DNA from: Microgenomates group bacterium
Lineage (GTDB): Bacteria; Patescibacteriota; Microgenomatia; UBA12405
Direction: 5' to 3'
Length of the DNA stretch: 64,000 bases
Assembly (NCBI GenBank): GCA_049303675.1
Contig: JBAQNJ010000001.1
Location: forward strand, 747,569 to 811,568
Numbering within the stretch: position 1 is the stretch's first letter; each line of letters starts with the position of its first letter. Of the stretch, positions 21,837 through 32,366 are shown piece after piece. The notes under the pieces are model-generated. The model saw nothing but the letters and a program-made list of their open reading frames with translations, had not been told where the DNA came from and made no database searches. The position numbers and the translations under genes were made by a program.

Positions 21837-23047
21837 CCGCAGCCAAAAGAAATATTCTCATGATTACCCCTTATATTCCCCGACTCAATCAGTCTGGTGG
21901 TCAGAACAGCTCATTCTATTCAATCAAATATCTATCCCCCCACAACGACATTACCCTAATTAGTTATAGCCGCGACGAAGAAGGGCTTGAGGAGATCGAG
22001 CAATATTGCAAAAAAGTTATTGTTGTCAAAAGAGGCACCACTTGGAATTTACGCAATATACTCCTAGCTGGTTTTAGCTCATATCCGTTTTTGGTCATTA
22101 ACTATATTTCCAAAGATCTCTCCCAGACTATAAAAAATGAGCTAGATTCCAACAAGTTTGACCTCATCCACTGTGACAGCTTTTACCCCATACCCAACAT
22201 CCCTAAAACTGATGTACCCATATTACTTGTCGATTTAACCATCGAATATCTTGTCTATCAACACTATGTCGAAAGTCTCAAGGGCTGGAAAAAAATTATT
22301 GCCCCGCTTTTATGGATCGATGTCCTCAAGCTAAAATATTGGGAAGTCCACTATTGGAAAACAATTCACACTGTTATCGCTTTCGCTTGGGAAGACCAAA
22401 AGTTAATTCGGAACACTACCGGTCGAGACGATATTGGTTTATTTCAAAATGGTGTTGACAAGACATTTTATCAATCAGCCGCCAAGGTTCCCAAAAGTAA
22501 ATATCCCTCCATTCTTTTTGGATTTTCCAATATGAAATGGATGCAAAATAGAGAATCAGTCGATCTCATTCTCGAGAAAGTCTGGCCCAAAATATCAGCC
22601 GAAGTCCCCGAATGTAAGTTGTATATTATCGGTAGATACGCCAAAGATTTCTATGGACACTTGTCTTCAAAAAACATTATTGTGGCCGAGGCAGATATTG
22701 ATGGCCACAAATTAGATCGGTTTTATTATTTATATCACTGTTGGCTTCTGGTCGCTCCTATGGGCAGTGGCGGGGGTACCCGCAATAAATTTCTCGAAGC
22801 CCTAGCTTGTGGCATGCCGATTGTCACTACACCAGAGGGAATGGGAGGGATAAAAATAGACAACAATGTCCACTCAGTCATTTGTCCACTTGATAAAATC
22901 GCTTCTGAATCAATCAAACTTATAAAAAATACTTCCAATATTAAAAAAATGGGGATTGCCGCCCGCCAGTTAATTCGCCAAAAATTCACCTATGAAAAAA
23001 GTGTTGAAGATCTCAACAACATCTATGCCAAAATTACCCAAAAATAA
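21833..23047 (+). CDS. glycosyltransferase family 4
   Basis: GT-B architecture, C-terminal LVAPMGSGGGTRNKFLEALACGMPIV. Confidence 0.7.
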   Translation: MTAAKRNILMITPYIPRLNQSGGQNSSFYSIKYLSPHNDITLISYSRDEEGLEEIEQYCKKVIVVKRGTTWNLRNILLAGFSSYPFLVINYISKDLSQTIKNELDSNKFDLIHCDSFYPIPNIPKTDVPILLVDLTIEYLVYQHYVESLKGWKKIIAPLLWIDVLKLKYWEVHYWKTIHTVIAFAWEDQKLIRNTTGRDDIGLFQNGVDKTFYQSAAKVPKSKYPSILFGFSNMKWMQNRESVDLILEKVWPKISAEVPECKLYIIGRYAKDFYGHLSSKNIIVAEADIDGHKLDRFYYLYHCWLLVAPMGSGGGTRNKFLEALACGMPIVTTPEGMGGIKIDNNVHSVICPLDKIASESIKLIKNTSNIKKMGIAARQLIRQKFTYEKSVEDLNNIYAKITQK

Positions 23048-23939
23048 GAATCCCATTCTTTCCGTCATTATTCTCGACTACAATGCCCTTACCTATCTTC
23101 ATCAGCTCTTTCAGTCTATTTGCCGTTCGGTATTGACTCATAAAATTGAGGTTATTCTGGTCGACAATGACAGTCAAGACAACTCCCTAAATATTATCCA
23201 AGACTCAAACTACCATCATCCTCAAATTGAGTTTAAGTATCTCCAAAACGGTGGCAATATCGGGTTTGCTGCCGGCAACAATCGGGCAGTTAATATCTCA
23301 AATTCTTATTCAAAATATATTCTATTCCTCAATCCAGATACCACAGTTGAACCAAACACACTCCAAGGCATGATTGATTATTTAGAAATACATCCGAAGG
23401 TAGATACTGCTACTTGTCATGTTACCCTCGCTCTAACCGGCAAACTACAACCAGAATGTCATCGTGACTTCCCCACTCCCCTCAACGCCTTTTTACACTT
23501 CTCCGGTATCTCTAGCCGCTTATATTTTATGCAATATTTGGATTATACTCAGGTCCAAAAAATCAATGCCTGCGTCGGAGCTTTTTACCTGTTGAGACGT
23601 GAGGTGGGGGAGAGTGTCGGTTGGTGGAACGAAAAATACTTTATGTATGGAGAAGATCTAGATTTTTGCTACAAGGTCAAACAAAAAGGTTATAGTCTCT
23701 ACTTCATTCCATTTTTCAAGATAAATCACTATCAAGGCATTTCCTCAGGGATAAAAAAGGCCAAGTCAGCGGCCAGTCGGGAAACCAAAATTCGTTCTGC
23801 CCGCGCCACTACCAATGCCATGCGAATTTTTTATCGGGAAAATTTGATTAATAATTATCCCAAAATACTCCAGTCCCTAATATACCTTGGCATCAATTTA
23901 CTAGAATATTATCGTGTTTTCAAAGCCAAATTCTTATGA
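22992..23939 (+). CDS. glycosyltransferase family 2
   Basis: LSVIILDYN...ILVDNDSQDNS...FLNPD; alternative in-frame ATG at 23025. Confidence 0.7.
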   Translation: MKKVLKISTTSMPKLPKNKNPILSVIILDYNALTYLHQLFQSICRSVLTHKIEVILVDNDSQDNSLNIIQDSNYHHPQIEFKYLQNGGNIGFAAGNNRAVNISNSYSKYILFLNPDTTVEPNTLQGMIDYLEIHPKVDTATCHVTLALTGKLQPECHRDFPTPLNAFLHFSGISSRLYFMQYLDYTQVQKINACVGAFYLLRREVGESVGWWNEKYFMYGEDLDFCYKVKQKGYSLYFIPFFKINHYQGISSGIKKAKSAASRETKIRSARATTNAMRIFYRENLINNYPKILQSLIYLGINLLEYYRVFKAKFL

Positions 23940-25048
23940 GCCTAGTCCACATTGTTATTGATGCTCGTCTCTATGGCCCGCGTCACACTGGTCTAGGACG
24001 TTACACCAAAAACTTATTAATTGCCTTATCCCAACTCTCCACTTTTGCCAAATATCGTTTTACCCTAATCATTTACCCCGAATTAAAATCGGAAATTAAA
24101 AAAGATCTTGGTACCAAATTTGAACTATATTCCACCAAAATAAGACACTACAGTCTCGCCAACCAACTGATATTACCCTTTATTTTATGGTCTCTTCATC
24201 CCCACTTAGTCCACTTTACCTATCTTGATAAACCAATTTTATACCTGGGAAAATCAGTAGTCACCGTCCATGATTTAATTAAACATTTTAGTCGTGGACC
24301 CTCAACTACTACCCACACCTCATGGTTATATTGGCCAAAGTATTGGGGTTATTTATTGATGAGCTGGTTTATCATTCGCTTCAACCATATTATAGTCCCC
24401 AGCATTTATTGGAGAAATTTTATAATAGATAAATACAAAATAAATCCTAAAAAAATAGTCACTACTTACGAGGCCGTCGACAATAATTTTAGAATTATTC
24501 ATAAATCATATATCGTAAATCCTAAATCATATCTTCTCTACACCGGCAACCTCTATCCTCATAAAAACATTATCGTTTTATTTCAAGCACTTCAACAGTT
24601 ACCGCATCTAAAATTAAAAATCATTTGTTCCCGAGATATATTTCAAGCCAGAGTTTCTCAATTAGCCCGTAAATTAAATATATCTTCCCAAATAGAATTC
24701 TTGGGCTATCTCAAAGACAACCAATTCTCCAAAATCTATTCACAGGCCATTGCTCTGGTCCACCCATCTATACTCGAAGGATTCTCTCTTACCGGCCTCG
24801 AAGCCATGTCACTTGATTGCCCAGTTATTGCCGCCAACAGCAGCTGTTTGCCAGAAATATACGGTCAATCTGTTTTATATTTTGATCCCCATGACCCCCA
24901 AGAGCTTGTTCGTCAAATTATTAAGTTACAAAATAGCCGTCGCCTCCGCCACAAACTTATCAATCTCGGCCACCTCCAGATTAAAAAATATTCATGGACC
25001 AACACCGCCGTACAAACACTCAACTTTTATGAACAAACCCTTGGCTAA
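23936..25048 (+). CDS. glycosyltransferase family 4
   Basis: VHPSILEGFSLTGLEAMSLDCPVIAAN. Confidence 0.75.
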   Translation: MSLVHIVIDARLYGPRHTGLGRYTKNLLIALSQLSTFAKYRFTLIIYPELKSEIKKDLGTKFELYSTKIRHYSLANQLILPFILWSLHPHLVHFTYLDKPILYLGKSVVTVHDLIKHFSRGPSTTTHTSWLYWPKYWGYLLMSWFIIRFNHIIVPSIYWRNFIIDKYKINPKKIVTTYEAVDNNFRIIHKSYIVNPKSYLLYTGNLYPHKNIIVLFQALQQLPHLKLKIICSRDIFQARVSQLARKLNISSQIEFLGYLKDNQFSKIYSQAIALVHPSILEGFSLTGLEAMSLDCPVIAANSSCLPEIYGQSVLYFDPHDPQELVRQIIKLQNSRRLRHKLINLGHLQIKKYSWTNTAVQTLNFYEQTLG

Positions 25049-26129
25049 TGCTAAAATCGCTATTTTTTATGACTGGCTTAACAACTGGGGGGGTGCTGAA
25101 CGTGTATTAATAAATTTACTCCAGCTCTATCCTCACGCCGAATTATTTACCCTCGTTCATGATCCTGCCAAAACGCAGTGGCTTCCTAAAAATATAATTG
25201 TTCACCCCTCTTTTCTCAACAATTTTCCCAACTCAAAATCAAATCCAATTTATTACACCCCGCTTTACAATTTAGCCATCGAACAATTCAATTTTTCCCA
25301 ATTTGATATTCTAATATCCACCACCTCCACAATTGGCCATGGTCTTCTTGCCCCCCCCAAAACTTTATATATTTGCTATTTTCACAATCTCAATCGTCAT
25401 GTTTATCTCGACCCACCACCGATATTACTTCCCATCCTAAATATTTACAAAAAAATTGATCAACTATTAATCCACCGACCAGATTATTTTTTCTGTAATT
25501 CAAAAACGGTATACAACCGCCTCCAGACCATCTACAAAATTTCACCAAAGATAATTTACCCCGGAGTTGATACTCAAAAGTTTGTTCCAACTAACAATCC
25601 CACACTTGATTATTATTTGGTTGTCGGCCGCCAAGTTCCCCACAAAAGAATTGATATTGTTATCAAATATTTTATGGCTCACCACACCAAAAAACTCATC
25701 ATTGCTGGGCAGGGGAGAGATCATCAAAAACTGGTAAAGTTGGGTCACCACTCGCCCAACGTCATCTTCATACCCAATCCGTCTGATACAGACCTGATAA
25801 AGCTTTACCAAAATTGTCTCGCTCTGATTTGTCCCCAACTCGAAGACTTTGGTATTACCCCGCTCGAAGCCCAAGCTTGCGGTCGACCGGTAATTGGATA
25901 CCGTAAAGGTGGCAATCAAGAAACAATTATTAGTGGAAAAACAGGTATTTTATTTAATCAACAGACTACTCAGTCTCTCCAGCTTGCCATTGCCAAATTA
26001 TCCCGGTTAAAAATCTCCCCTCGAGCCTGTCGCCAAAATTCACTAAAATTTTCAGACCAAAATTTCATGCTAAACTTTAACCAACACTTAACCAAATTAT
26101 GGCAACAACACCAAACCACTACATTTTAA
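25029..26129 (+). CDS. glycosyltransferase family 4
   Basis: E.FGITPLEAQACGRPVIGY motif; ORF track start 24750 lies inside the upstream gene, in-frame ATG at 25029 (MNKPLANAKIAIFYDW) adopted. Confidence 0.7.
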   Translation: MNKPLANAKIAIFYDWLNNWGGAERVLINLLQLYPHAELFTLVHDPAKTQWLPKNIIVHPSFLNNFPNSKSNPIYYTPLYNLAIEQFNFSQFDILISTTSTIGHGLLAPPKTLYICYFHNLNRHVYLDPPPILLPILNIYKKIDQLLIHRPDYFFCNSKTVYNRLQTIYKISPKIIYPGVDTQKFVPTNNPTLDYYLVVGRQVPHKRIDIVIKYFMAHHTKKLIIAGQGRDHQKLVKLGHHSPNVIFIPNPSDTDLIKLYQNCLALICPQLEDFGITPLEAQACGRPVIGYRKGGNQETIISGKTGILFNQQTTQSLQLAIAKLSRLKISPRACRQNSLKFSDQNFMLNFNQHLTKLWQQHQTTTF

Positions 26130-27178
26130 TTATGTGTGGTGGTAGTGGCCCCCGACTTTGGCCATTGTCACGGTCTTCCCATCCCAAACAGTTTCTCAAA
26201 TTGTTTGGCCAAAAATCACTTCTCCAAAACACGTTTGATCGATTCTCCCGAATAGTTCCTTCTCAAAATATCTTTATAGTCACTCAGCAAAAATATTTTG
26301 GCCAAATCAAAAAAGATCTAGGTTCAGCAATTCTGACAAAAAACATCCTCTGTGAACCAGACAAAAAAAACACCGCCATGGCCATACTCTTCGGAGTCCA
26401 ACATATTGCCAAAATTAACCCGGAGGCAATTATCACTTCTACCCCCGCAGATCACTTTGTCTCCCTAAAAAGATATTTCCGAAAATCGATTCGCCTCGCC
26501 GTCCAATCCGCCGCTACCACCAACAAAATAGTTCTCATCGGCATCCATCCCACCTATCCCAACCCCGGATTCGGTTACATTCTGGCCCAGTCCAGTGGCC
26601 CAATCAGACAGGTTACTCAATTTGTTGAAAAACCATCAGTTGTTGATGCCCAGCTGCTTATCCACAAAGATGCCCTCTGGAACTCGGGAATATACACCTT
26701 TTCTATTTCTTCGCTTCTTGACGAATTCACTACCCACGAGCCGATATATTCCCGACTCTACCATCAATTATCACTTAGTCACCAGCCCAAAAATATTATA
26801 AATATTTACAAAAAATCCCCCAGTCTACCTTTAGATAAAGCTATTTCCGAGAAGTCCCAAAACCTAGTTACCTTAAAAGCCAAATTTGTTTGGAGTGATA
26901 TTGGGGAATGGTTCGCTATTTGGCAACACCTTACTCAAACTGAAAATGGCATCAAAAAAATTTCCCCAGCCAGCAACTATCTCTCGATTAATTCAAAAAA
27001 TTGTCTAGTTAATGGTCCCAGAGACAAATTAATCGGGCTAGTGGGACTCAACAACCTCGCCATAATTGATTCACCCGATGGCCTATTGGTTTGTAATTTA
27101 CAAGACACCTATTCAGTGAGAGAATTGGTCAAGGAAATTGTCTCCACCCCCAAGTTAAAAAATTTTTTTTTGAGCTAA
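26099..27178 (+). CDS. manC: mannose-1-phosphate guanylyltransferase (GDP-mannose pyrophosphorylase)
   Basis: ILIMCGGSGPRLWPLSR..PKQF nucleotidyltransferase signature. Confidence 0.8.
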   Translation: MATTPNHYILIMCGGSGPRLWPLSRSSHPKQFLKLFGQKSLLQNTFDRFSRIVPSQNIFIVTQQKYFGQIKKDLGSAILTKNILCEPDKKNTAMAILFGVQHIAKINPEAIITSTPADHFVSLKRYFRKSIRLAVQSAATTNKIVLIGIHPTYPNPGFGYILAQSSGPIRQVTQFVEKPSVVDAQLLIHKDALWNSGIYTFSISSLLDEFTTHEPIYSRLYHQLSLSHQPKNIINIYKKSPSLPLDKAISEKSQNLVTLKAKFVWSDIGEWFAIWQHLTQTENGIKKISPASNYLSINSKNCLVNGPRDKLIGLVGLNNLAIIDSPDGLLVCNLQDTYSVRELVKEIVSTPKLKNFFLS

Positions 27179-27864
27179 TGACCGCCAACAATCCCCAAAA
27201 GCCATTTTACCAAACCCGTGTTTTTATATTCAATGTTGTCAAAAGAACCATCGACATTTCTTTTTCTTTGGTAGCCATCTTCTTGTTATCACCTCTATTA
27301 TTGGTCATATCGATTATCATCAAACTTACCTCTGAAGGCCCCGTATTTTTACGCCAACGTCGAGTCGGCAACAATGGCGAATTTGTTATGTACAAATTTA
27401 GATCAATGTACAACGGCACCAAATATAAAAATGACATGGACGCATTTCTGAGGGACAACTATCCAGAGTTATGGAAACAATACATCAGAGATGATTGGAA
27501 ACTGCCCATAAAAATAGATCCACGGATCACCCCTATCGGTCGATTTATCCGAGTCACCTCAATTGATGAGATGGCCCAATTTATCAATGTCCTCAAAGGC
27601 GAAATGAGTTTAGTCGGTCCTCGAGCCTATCGCAAGGAGGAATTAGAACAATATGAAAAAAAATATCCCCAGACACAGGAAAACATCAAAATCATCCGCA
27701 CTGCCAAGCCGGGGATTACTGGACTTTGGCAAACATCAGGCCGAAATGATATGAATTTTGAACAAAGAGCTGCCCTCGACGCCAATTATATTAAAAACAG
27801 ATCCCTTCGCCAAGAGCTGACGATTATACTCAAAACACCTTTCTCCATGCTCTCGCGCTGGTAA
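27178..27864 (+). CDS. polyprenyl-phosphate sugar phosphotransferase (Bac_transf, PglC/WbaP C-domain type) - priming enzyme
   Basis: KR.IDI..S..A...LSPL, GPVF..Q.RVG.NG..F..YKFRSM, MSLVGPRA, KPGITGLWQ motifs. Confidence 0.8.
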   Translation: MTANNPQKPFYQTRVFIFNVVKRTIDISFSLVAIFLLSPLLLVISIIIKLTSEGPVFLRQRRVGNNGEFVMYKFRSMYNGTKYKNDMDAFLRDNYPELWKQYIRDDWKLPIKIDPRITPIGRFIRVTSIDEMAQFINVLKGEMSLVGPRAYRKEELEQYEKKYPQTQENIKIIRTAKPGITGLWQTSGRNDMNFEQRAALDANYIKNRSLRQELTIILKTPFSMLSRW

Positions 27865-29844
27865 ATGGTAAAGTTTTTCTATAAACTAATCTATATGATA
27901 GAAATTTCCCCACTCGACAATTCAACTCTCAGTCCATCTCTACCCCCGTCCACCTCAAAAGGTCATAAAATACTGAGGTTCACCATTTCATTCCTCTCAA
28001 TAATCTTGATCCTAATAACTGTTGTGGCTACTTTTGGCTTTTTTACCATCTATGTCCCTGGCAAAAAAGTCTATCTTCAAGCTCTCTCTCTCAAAAGCGA
28101 TTTTTCTTCACTTCAAACTGCTATCAACGACAAAGATCTCAAAGGTTCACAAGTTCAGATTGATAACTTGAAATCAAAAATCAGCCAAATCGAAAATTCT
28201 ATTGGTCAGTTTTCCTATTTTAGCAAGTTACCTTACCTCAAATATTATTATGCCGATGTCAAAAGAATACTTAGTATTGGACTTGAAGGATTAGACACCG
28301 GTACTGTCTTAATCAAAGCTGTTGAGCCCTACCAAGACTTCTTAGGATTAAAAGGTTCCACCCAAAGTGGGGCCAAAACAACCGAAGATAGGATCTCCTT
28401 TCTCACCCAGTCTATTGAAGGCTTGGTACCCCATCTCGACACTATCGACCAAAAAATAAGCAAAATAGATCAAACCCTAAAAGAAATCGACATCACCCGC
28501 TACCCCGAATCTTATCAAGGCATAGCCATTCACGAAAAGTTTAATAAACTTTCTCAAACTCTGGAAATGGTTAAAAAATATCTCGAAAATGGCCGGCCTT
28601 TGCTTACCAAAACCTCTTGGTTACTCGGCAAGGATAAACCTCGTAACTATCTGGTAATTTTTCAAAATGACGGTGAACTCCGACCAAGCGGTGGTTTCTG
28701 GACTGCCTATGCTACCATCAAAATGGACAAGGGTAAAGTTGTCCCTGGCAATGCCAGCAATATCTACGACCTCGATGACAAGCTCTCGAGCACCATTCCC
28801 GCCCCTCGGTTAATTAAGTCATATCATATCAATGTCCCTTACCTCAACTTACGAGACAGCAATTTATCACCCGATTTCCCTACCGATGCCCAAATTTTTC
28901 TGACCCAATACTACAAAGCTATGGGGAAGAAAGACCAGTTCGATGCAGTTATTGCCATAGACACCAATGTTTTGATAGACATAGTCAAAGTACTAGGCAA
29001 ACTCGATACCCGAGTTGGTACCTTCACCACCGACCCCGACAAGAGATGTGATGGTTGTCCCAAAATTATCTATGATTTGGAATGGATTTCTGGGCGGCCT
29101 CGTAATTATATCGAAAAAAACCGCAAAGACTTTCTCGCCCCACTCATGCAAGCATTGTTGTCCAATGCCATGGGATCAGAAAAAACCAAGATGCCCTTAC
29201 TCGGTCAAGCCTTTATCGACAACATATATCAAAAACACATCCTCTTTTATTTCCCGAGCGATGTCGAGCTCCAGAACTCCGCCAATCTGGTCAACATTAG
29301 TGGCAATATCAGCCCTACAAATAGTGATTATTTTCACCTCAATGATGCCAACTTTGCTTCAGCTAAAAGCAATATTTTTATTCGTCAAAAAATCAAACAT
29401 GAAGTCAGTATCGATGGCGAAAATGTTGAACATAAAATTACCGTTACTTATACCAATCCCTCAGCTGCCTCAAACTGTAATCTCGAAAAAGGTGACCTTT
29501 GTCTCAACGCCCCAAAATACCGAGACTTGTTTAGATTTTACGTCCCCACTGGCAGCCGGCTAATAAAAATGACTGGATCAGAGGTTGACCCTCTCACCTA
29601 TGATGAGTTGGGGAAAACCGTCTTTGAGGGATTCTTTGGCAACAAGTATCCTCTCTATGCCAAATCCAGCAGCAAGACCTCAGTCCAATACCAAAGTAGT
29701 GTCAAAATGACCAAAGACTACAATTTGTTGCTCCAGAAACAACCTGGCTCTCATCCGATCGATTATGAAATCTGGGTCAATGGCACCAAGAAAGAGTCAT
29801 TTGTCTGGACAGGGGACAAAAATGTTACGTTATCAAACAACTGA
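27865..29844 (+). CDS. DUF4012-domain membrane-anchored protein
   Basis: N-terminal TM, NYLVIFQNDGELRPSGGFWTAY core typical of DUF4012. Confidence 0.55.
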   Translation: MVKFFYKLIYMIEISPLDNSTLSPSLPPSTSKGHKILRFTISFLSIILILITVVATFGFFTIYVPGKKVYLQALSLKSDFSSLQTAINDKDLKGSQVQIDNLKSKISQIENSIGQFSYFSKLPYLKYYYADVKRILSIGLEGLDTGTVLIKAVEPYQDFLGLKGSTQSGAKTTEDRISFLTQSIEGLVPHLDTIDQKISKIDQTLKEIDITRYPESYQGIAIHEKFNKLSQTLEMVKKYLENGRPLLTKTSWLLGKDKPRNYLVIFQNDGELRPSGGFWTAYATIKMDKGKVVPGNASNIYDLDDKLSSTIPAPRLIKSYHINVPYLNLRDSNLSPDFPTDAQIFLTQYYKAMGKKDQFDAVIAIDTNVLIDIVKVLGKLDTRVGTFTTDPDKRCDGCPKIIYDLEWISGRPRNYIEKNRKDFLAPLMQALLSNAMGSEKTKMPLLGQAFIDNIYQKHILFYFPSDVELQNSANLVNISGNISPTNSDYFHLNDANFASAKSNIFIRQKIKHEVSIDGENVEHKITVTYTNPSAASNCNLEKGDLCLNAPKYRDLFRFYVPTGSRLIKMTGSEVDPLTYDELGKTVFEGFFGNKYPLYAKSSSKTSVQYQSSVKMTKDYNLLLQKQPGSHPIDYEIWVNGTKKESFVWTGDKNVTLSNN

Positions 29845-30382
29845 GGCAATTGTTCTAAATCATCACCGGTTCCATGAGTCAGACCAAACAGTTACTTTAC
29901 TGACACCTCGCCTAGGGAAGTTAATAACCACTGCCAAAGGTTCAAAATCAGTCCACAGTCGTCGTTTAGGTGATTTAGAATTGGGCAATATCGTCAAAGC
30001 CCAACTCTACCAAAAAGGTGACCGATATTGGTTAACTGATGTTACTGTGACCCAACACATATTATCTTCTACCAAAAATTTAACCCAACTAAACTTGGTA
30101 TTTTATTTTCTTGAAGTTATCAATAGTTTGGTAGCTGAAAATCAAATTATCGACCATATCTTTCGCATCACCAAATCCCTAATCAGTTCTATCGAAGACA
30201 ACAACTTTACCCAGCTTATCAAATCAGAAATAGAATTATTACAAAATCTCGGTTTTGGTGTCCCCGAAAACATTATTATTTCAAAAACACGAGGTGACCT
30301 AGTTCTCTGTCAAAGAGAGATAAAAATGTTTCTTGAATCAATTATCGAAAAACCGATACGTAGCAGTAAACTTTTTAGATAA
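29822..30382 (+). CDS. recO: DNA repair protein RecO
   Basis: MLRYQTTEAIVL...HESD..V.LLT...GK start typical of RecO; ATG at 29822 preferred over ORF-track start. Confidence 0.7.
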   Translation: MLRYQTTEAIVLNHHRFHESDQTVTLLTPRLGKLITTAKGSKSVHSRRLGDLELGNIVKAQLYQKGDRYWLTDVTVTQHILSSTKNLTQLNLVFYFLEVINSLVAENQIIDHIFRITKSLISSIEDNNFTQLIKSEIELLQNLGFGVPENIIISKTRGDLVLCQREIKMFLESIIEKPIRSSKLFR

Positions 30383-30400
30383 TATTTCGTATAATAGTCT

Positions 30401-31735
30401 ATGGCCCAAAATAACTCATCCGATCAAACATCCGCCATTGTCTCACTTTGCAAACGACGAGGCATCATTTTCCAAAACTCCGAAATATATGGTGGCATAC
30501 AGGGATTTTATGATTACGGTCCAATCGGTTCCCTGATGAAAAAGAATTGGAAAGACCTATGGATTCGTTCCAATGTTACTTCTCGCCCAGATGTTGTCCT
30601 GATTGACGGCTCAATTATTACTCATCCTCGAGTCTGGGAAGCATCAGGTCATGTCAAAAATTTCGGCGATGAAATGGTCGAGTGTAAGTCTTGCCACCAA
30701 CGTTTCCGACTCGACCTGATTGATAATGCCCCCAAATGTCCTGAGTGCCAGGGCGAGTTTACCGCCCCCAAAAAATTTAACATACTCTTCCATACGGAAA
30801 TAGGCGTTATCGAAGGGGAAAAAACACCTACCTATCTCCGTGGTGAGGCCTGCCAAACGATATATTTAGATTTCAAAAATATTGTCGATTCCTGTCGAGT
30901 CAAAATTCCCTTTGGAATTGCTCAAATTGGTAAAGCATTTAGAAACGAAATTACCCCCAAAAATTTTTTATATCGCACCCGTGAATTCGAACAATGGGAC
31001 GTCCAATATTTTACCCATCCCTCACAAATGGACAAGTGGTATGAATACTGGAAAGATAATCGAATGAGCTGGTACCAAAAATTTTTTAATCATCCAGACT
31101 TTCTCCGTTTTCGCCAGCACGCGTCTGATGAGCTAGCCTTCTATGCCAAAAAAGCCTTTGATATTGAATACCATGCCCCTTGGGGTTGGGCCGAAATGGA
31201 GGGCATTCATTGGCGAGCTGACTATGATTTAACCCAACATTCCCAGTTTAGTGGACAGGACTTATCTTATCGCGATCCTGTCACTAATGAAAAATATTTA
31301 CCTCATATTGTCGAGACTTCAGGTGGTGTCGACCGCTCGTTTTTCTTCATCCTCTTAGATAGCTATACCGAAGAAAAACTTGACAACGGTGATACCCGCA
31401 CAGTTCTAAAAGTTAATCCGTTAATTTCTGCCTACAAAATGGCTATTTTCCCACTAGCAGCCAACAAACCCGAATTAGTCGACAAGGCCCAAGCTCTTTT
31501 TTCAACCCTTTCCCACAAGTATTCTGTTGAATTTGACGATAGTGGAAATATTGGCAAGAAATATCGTCGTCAAGATGAGATTGGCACTCCGTGGTGTCTG
31601 GTGGTCGACTTCCAAACTCTGGAGGATAACACTGTTTCCATTCGTGATCGAGACACCATGCAACAAATAAGGATAAATGCCGATGAAGTTGACAACTGGT
31701 TATCAATACAACTAAACTACTACTATGAAAAATAA
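30401..31735 (+). CDS. glyQS: glycine--tRNA ligase, alpha2 (archaeal/eukaryote-like) type
   Basis: N-terminal RRGIIFQNSEIYGG..GFYDYGPIG, class II motifs. Confidence 0.9.
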   Translation: MAQNNSSDQTSAIVSLCKRRGIIFQNSEIYGGIQGFYDYGPIGSLMKKNWKDLWIRSNVTSRPDVVLIDGSIITHPRVWEASGHVKNFGDEMVECKSCHQRFRLDLIDNAPKCPECQGEFTAPKKFNILFHTEIGVIEGEKTPTYLRGEACQTIYLDFKNIVDSCRVKIPFGIAQIGKAFRNEITPKNFLYRTREFEQWDVQYFTHPSQMDKWYEYWKDNRMSWYQKFFNHPDFLRFRQHASDELAFYAKKAFDIEYHAPWGWAEMEGIHWRADYDLTQHSQFSGQDLSYRDPVTNEKYLPHIVETSGGVDRSFFFILLDSYTEEKLDNGDTRTVLKVNPLISAYKMAIFPLAANKPELVDKAQALFSTLSHKYSVEFDDSGNIGKKYRRQDEIGTPWCLVVDFQTLEDNTVSIRDRDTMQQIRINADEVDNWLSIQLNYYYEK

Positions 31736-32366
31736 AAAAATCTGGCTAGCGATAACCTTAATTTCCGCTTTGACACTGTCAGCTTGTGGCACCAAAACGC
31801 CCACCCCTGTAAAAAAACCTCTACCCACCGTAGTTAAAATGGTCGAGATGCCTGTTGCCACGCGACCCATTGTCAATCTCACCCCTCGTCAAGATGGACA
31901 TATGTTGTTCCTAAAATTAACCGACGTTTCCGCCAATATATCTTCTATTGAATATGAATTAATTTATACCGCCACCGATGGTTCACTAGAAATGGAGAAG
32001 GGTCTTGGTGATACCATCAAGGAAATATCCAATACTATAGAGAGAAAACTACTGCTCGGTACCGAAAGTTGCACCAACGGTTGCAAATATAAATATGACG
32101 AAGGCATAACCGGTGGCACACTCAGTCTAAAGTTGTTTACCGTAGACGGCCAAGCCTCAAGTTTTGAAACACCCTTTATTCTCAAATCAGGAGCCCAGCT
32201 TACTAAAGAAAAAATCTTCAAACTTCCTACGGCCAATTTTGAGGTTCCCATAACTTCAAAATTATCCTCAGCTGATTTCTTTGTCCTCATGAAACAATAT
32301 AAAGGTGGGTACTCTATATTTAGTAGTAACCCCAGTCCAATCGCCAAAGATTACCCTCAACCATAA
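31725..32366 (+). CDS. lipoprotein, function unknown
   Basis: signal peptide with lipobox LTLSAC. Confidence 0.5.
   Translation: MKNKKIWLAITLISALTLSACGTKTPTPVKKPLPTVVKMVEMPVATRPIVNLTPRQDGHMLFLKLTDVSANISSIEYELIYTATDGSLEMEKGLGDTIKEISNTIERKLLLGTESCTNGCKYKYDEGITGGTLSLKLFTVDGQASSFETPFILKSGAQLTKEKIFKLPTANFEVPITSKLSSADFFVLMKQYKGGYSIFSSNPSPIAKDYPQP

Noticed and set aside
24750-25028. Long N-terminal extension of the GT4 ORF starting at 24750
   Set aside because: Lies entirely inside the preceding GT4 gene in another frame. The conserved GT4 sequence begins at the in-frame ATG 25029 (MNKPLANAKIAIFYDW).
29015-29563. ORF 29015..29563(+) and similar alternative-frame ORFs inside the DUF4012 gene, plus 30333..30536 overlapping the glyQS start
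   Set aside because: Alternative frames of well-supported longer genes with low-complexity translations.
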